This document shows positions 25,751 to 27,305 of a DNA stretch of 27,305 bases, piece by piece; within the stretch, counting starts at the first letter, position 1; every line of letters begins with the position of its first letter. The position numbers and the translations under genes were made by a program. Location: the NCBI GenBank assembly GCA_050331235.1, contig JBHJHA010000105.1:1-27305 (forward strand), in the 5' to 3' direction. The notes beneath the pieces are model-generated. The model was not told where the DNA came from. It searched no databases and saw only the letters and a program-made list of their open reading frames with translations. The DNA is from Leptolyngbyaceae cyanobacterium. GTDB taxonomy: Bacteria > Cyanobacteriota > Cyanobacteriia > Phormidesmidales > Phormidesmidaceae.

Positions 25751-27056
25751 CCGACATTCCGCAGGTTGACAGGAATTAATTGAGGAGATGGTACCGGCAG
25801 CAAGGCATGCCCATGAGCCGAATAATCTTGCTCCGTTCCTCCAAGAGATTGGTGACTTGCTGACTATTGGTGATCGTCACTAGATGAATGGCCTGAAACT
25901 TCTTCAGTATCCACCTAGGGTCGGTTTGGCGGTGGGTCGTTGCTTCTGGTCGAGCACCGCTTCATCGAGTCGTTCCAGTTGTGCCCTCAGCTTTTGTTGT
26001 CCCAGGCTATGGATCAGTAAGGTCAGGGCCATCACGAGCGCCAGAGCCTCTAACCGTTGTAGCTTTTTGACAAACACACTGCTGTAAAAAAGGGGGGGCT
26101 TTGAGGAAGCGAAAGCCGCGCTCAACCTGCTGTTGGCCTTCGTACTCTTGTAATAAGCGCTCTGCCGGATAGGCCCGTTCATCGAGCACATTGGTGGCCA
26201 GGATGAAGCGGCTTTGACGCTGTCGAATCTGGACCTCGAAATTCGGTTGTCGCTCCAGCGTCGCCTGCCATTGAAAGCCGATGGCTGGGAGTTCTTGAGC
26301 CGCCGAACGCTTAGGCCGACCGGGCGGGCGCTTTGCGGTAACTGGCATCAGCGCGACCTGCACTAGAGTGTGCCACTGCAAGGCCTTTTCCTGTTTCTCA
26401 AAGGCTCGCTTCCACCCTTCTTGTTGAGCCCGCTGTCGACTCTCGACGAGAATCCAGCGCTGCTCGATGCCGCCGTAGGTTTGCTGCTGCTACCATAGTT
26501 GATAGCCCTCTCACTAGCAGGGCATGGCCTGCAATTGTTCAATATCACTGGCCACCAACCGCTGGCTGCCCCCAATGTTTGCGGAACCCGGCTGAGCCAT
26601 TGCAGTGAGCCGACTTGCTGTAAGTTTGGTTCGCCGTAGAAAGCTGCGTCAACGACACACAGACCGGGGGCTTGCCACTGCTGAGCAAACAGCGTCATCA
26701 AAGCGGCAAATGTTTGGCTATCGCTCTCGTTACCACTACCTACTTTGAACCACAACGGAATACCACCATCTGCGCTGCAGATAAGGTTCACTAAAAACTG
26801 CTTCAACTCGGGTCGATGGTCTCTGGAGTAGTCTCAGCAGATCTCAATGGCTTGCGGCGCTTCCTCCAAGGACTCATACGCACCGTCGAGGGCAAATGAG
26901 GTCGAGTCCAGATGCCATTGCTCTACACTGATCCCGAAGATAGTCACCACCTGCATCGCCATCCGGAGAAAAAACGCCGTCGTCCCATACTCGAATAGCC
27001 CGTCGAGGATTCGTCCTAAGCGATCCTCGTTAAGGTGCTCGGCTTTGACGCCAGGG
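25751..27056 (-). mobile_element. IS1634-family element, 5'-truncated, transposase pseudogene
   Basis: EHLNEDRLGRILD..HLDSTSF..*DYSRDHRPELKQF..DGGIPLW..GNESD..VVDAAFY..WLSRVP../RFILATN..QQVERGFRFLK../KPT../RYHLLN* (stop 25776-25778), with several frameshifts. The right end on the minus strand, ACCTGCGGAATGTCGG, finishes at 25751. Confidence 0.92.
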
Positions 27057-27165
27057 TAGTCCTTTCGGTAAGAATATCTAACATCCGCTGGATGCGATCG
27101 CTCGCTTCCGGTTGATAGCTGTGAGAGGGTAGTGGTTTACCCGCGTCTGATGTCTTCTCCCTTCC

Positions 27166-27305
27166 ACGTCAGTTCGACGAGTTAAAAGATGGCTTCAGGG
27201 AGCGCCGACAAGCCTTTGAACTCTAGGTCTAAGGCGGGTTTCTTCTCTTGATAGGTATAAGCCACCAAGGCCGCCAGAGTATTGACCAGGAAATTGAACG
27301 GGCTG
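27166..27305 (-). mobile_element. IS982-family element, 3' end (continues beyond the window)
   Basis: The minus strand reads SPFNFLVNTLAALVAYTYQEKKPALDLEFKGLSALPEAIF* (stop 27182-27184). End ACGTCAGTTCGACG starts at 27166. Confidence 0.85.

Larger units (their letters stand above)
946..27101. repeat. HIP1 (GCGATCGC) highly iterated palindrome, dispersed
   Basis: More than 40 exact copies by eye (e.g. 946, 981, 1782, 2590, 3263, 3751, 4943, 7341, 27094). None seen in 1-945 or inside the IS remnants. Confidence 0.95.

Overview
Chromosomal segment of a cyanobacterium. The octamer HIP1 (GCGATCGC) occurs more than 40 times by eye and the housekeeping proteins are cyanobacterial in type. A Leptolyngbya/Nodosilinea-like host is only an inference. 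The left end (1-2600) is an accessory defence/toxin-antitoxin block: the 3' part of a BstA-like anti-phage gene with a tightly coupled unknown ORF, an MNT-HEPN pair whose toxin is broken, and a DUF2281-VapC pair. Each module is followed by a copy of one diverged HIP1-bounded repeat, which gives a cassette-array layout and is the most interesting signal here. The rest is mostly core genome: a GT-C-like membrane protein, argJ, an ethylene-receptor-domain diguanylate cyclase, an ACT protein, rpmB, an S9 peptidase, a PEP-CTERM protein, a nonsense-interrupted glycerate kinase, coaX, an M48 peptidase, a DUF4330 protein, bioB, rlmD, lpxD, a REC-GGDEF cyclase and a TPR-CHAT protein. IS remnants are scattered through it (IS630, three IS982, IS3, IS1634). 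The ~1 kb spacer between argJ and the cyclase gene holds a ~172-nt rod-like hairpin and further stems, a candidate unannotated structured RNA. All family calls come from motif recognition by eye; no database search was run.
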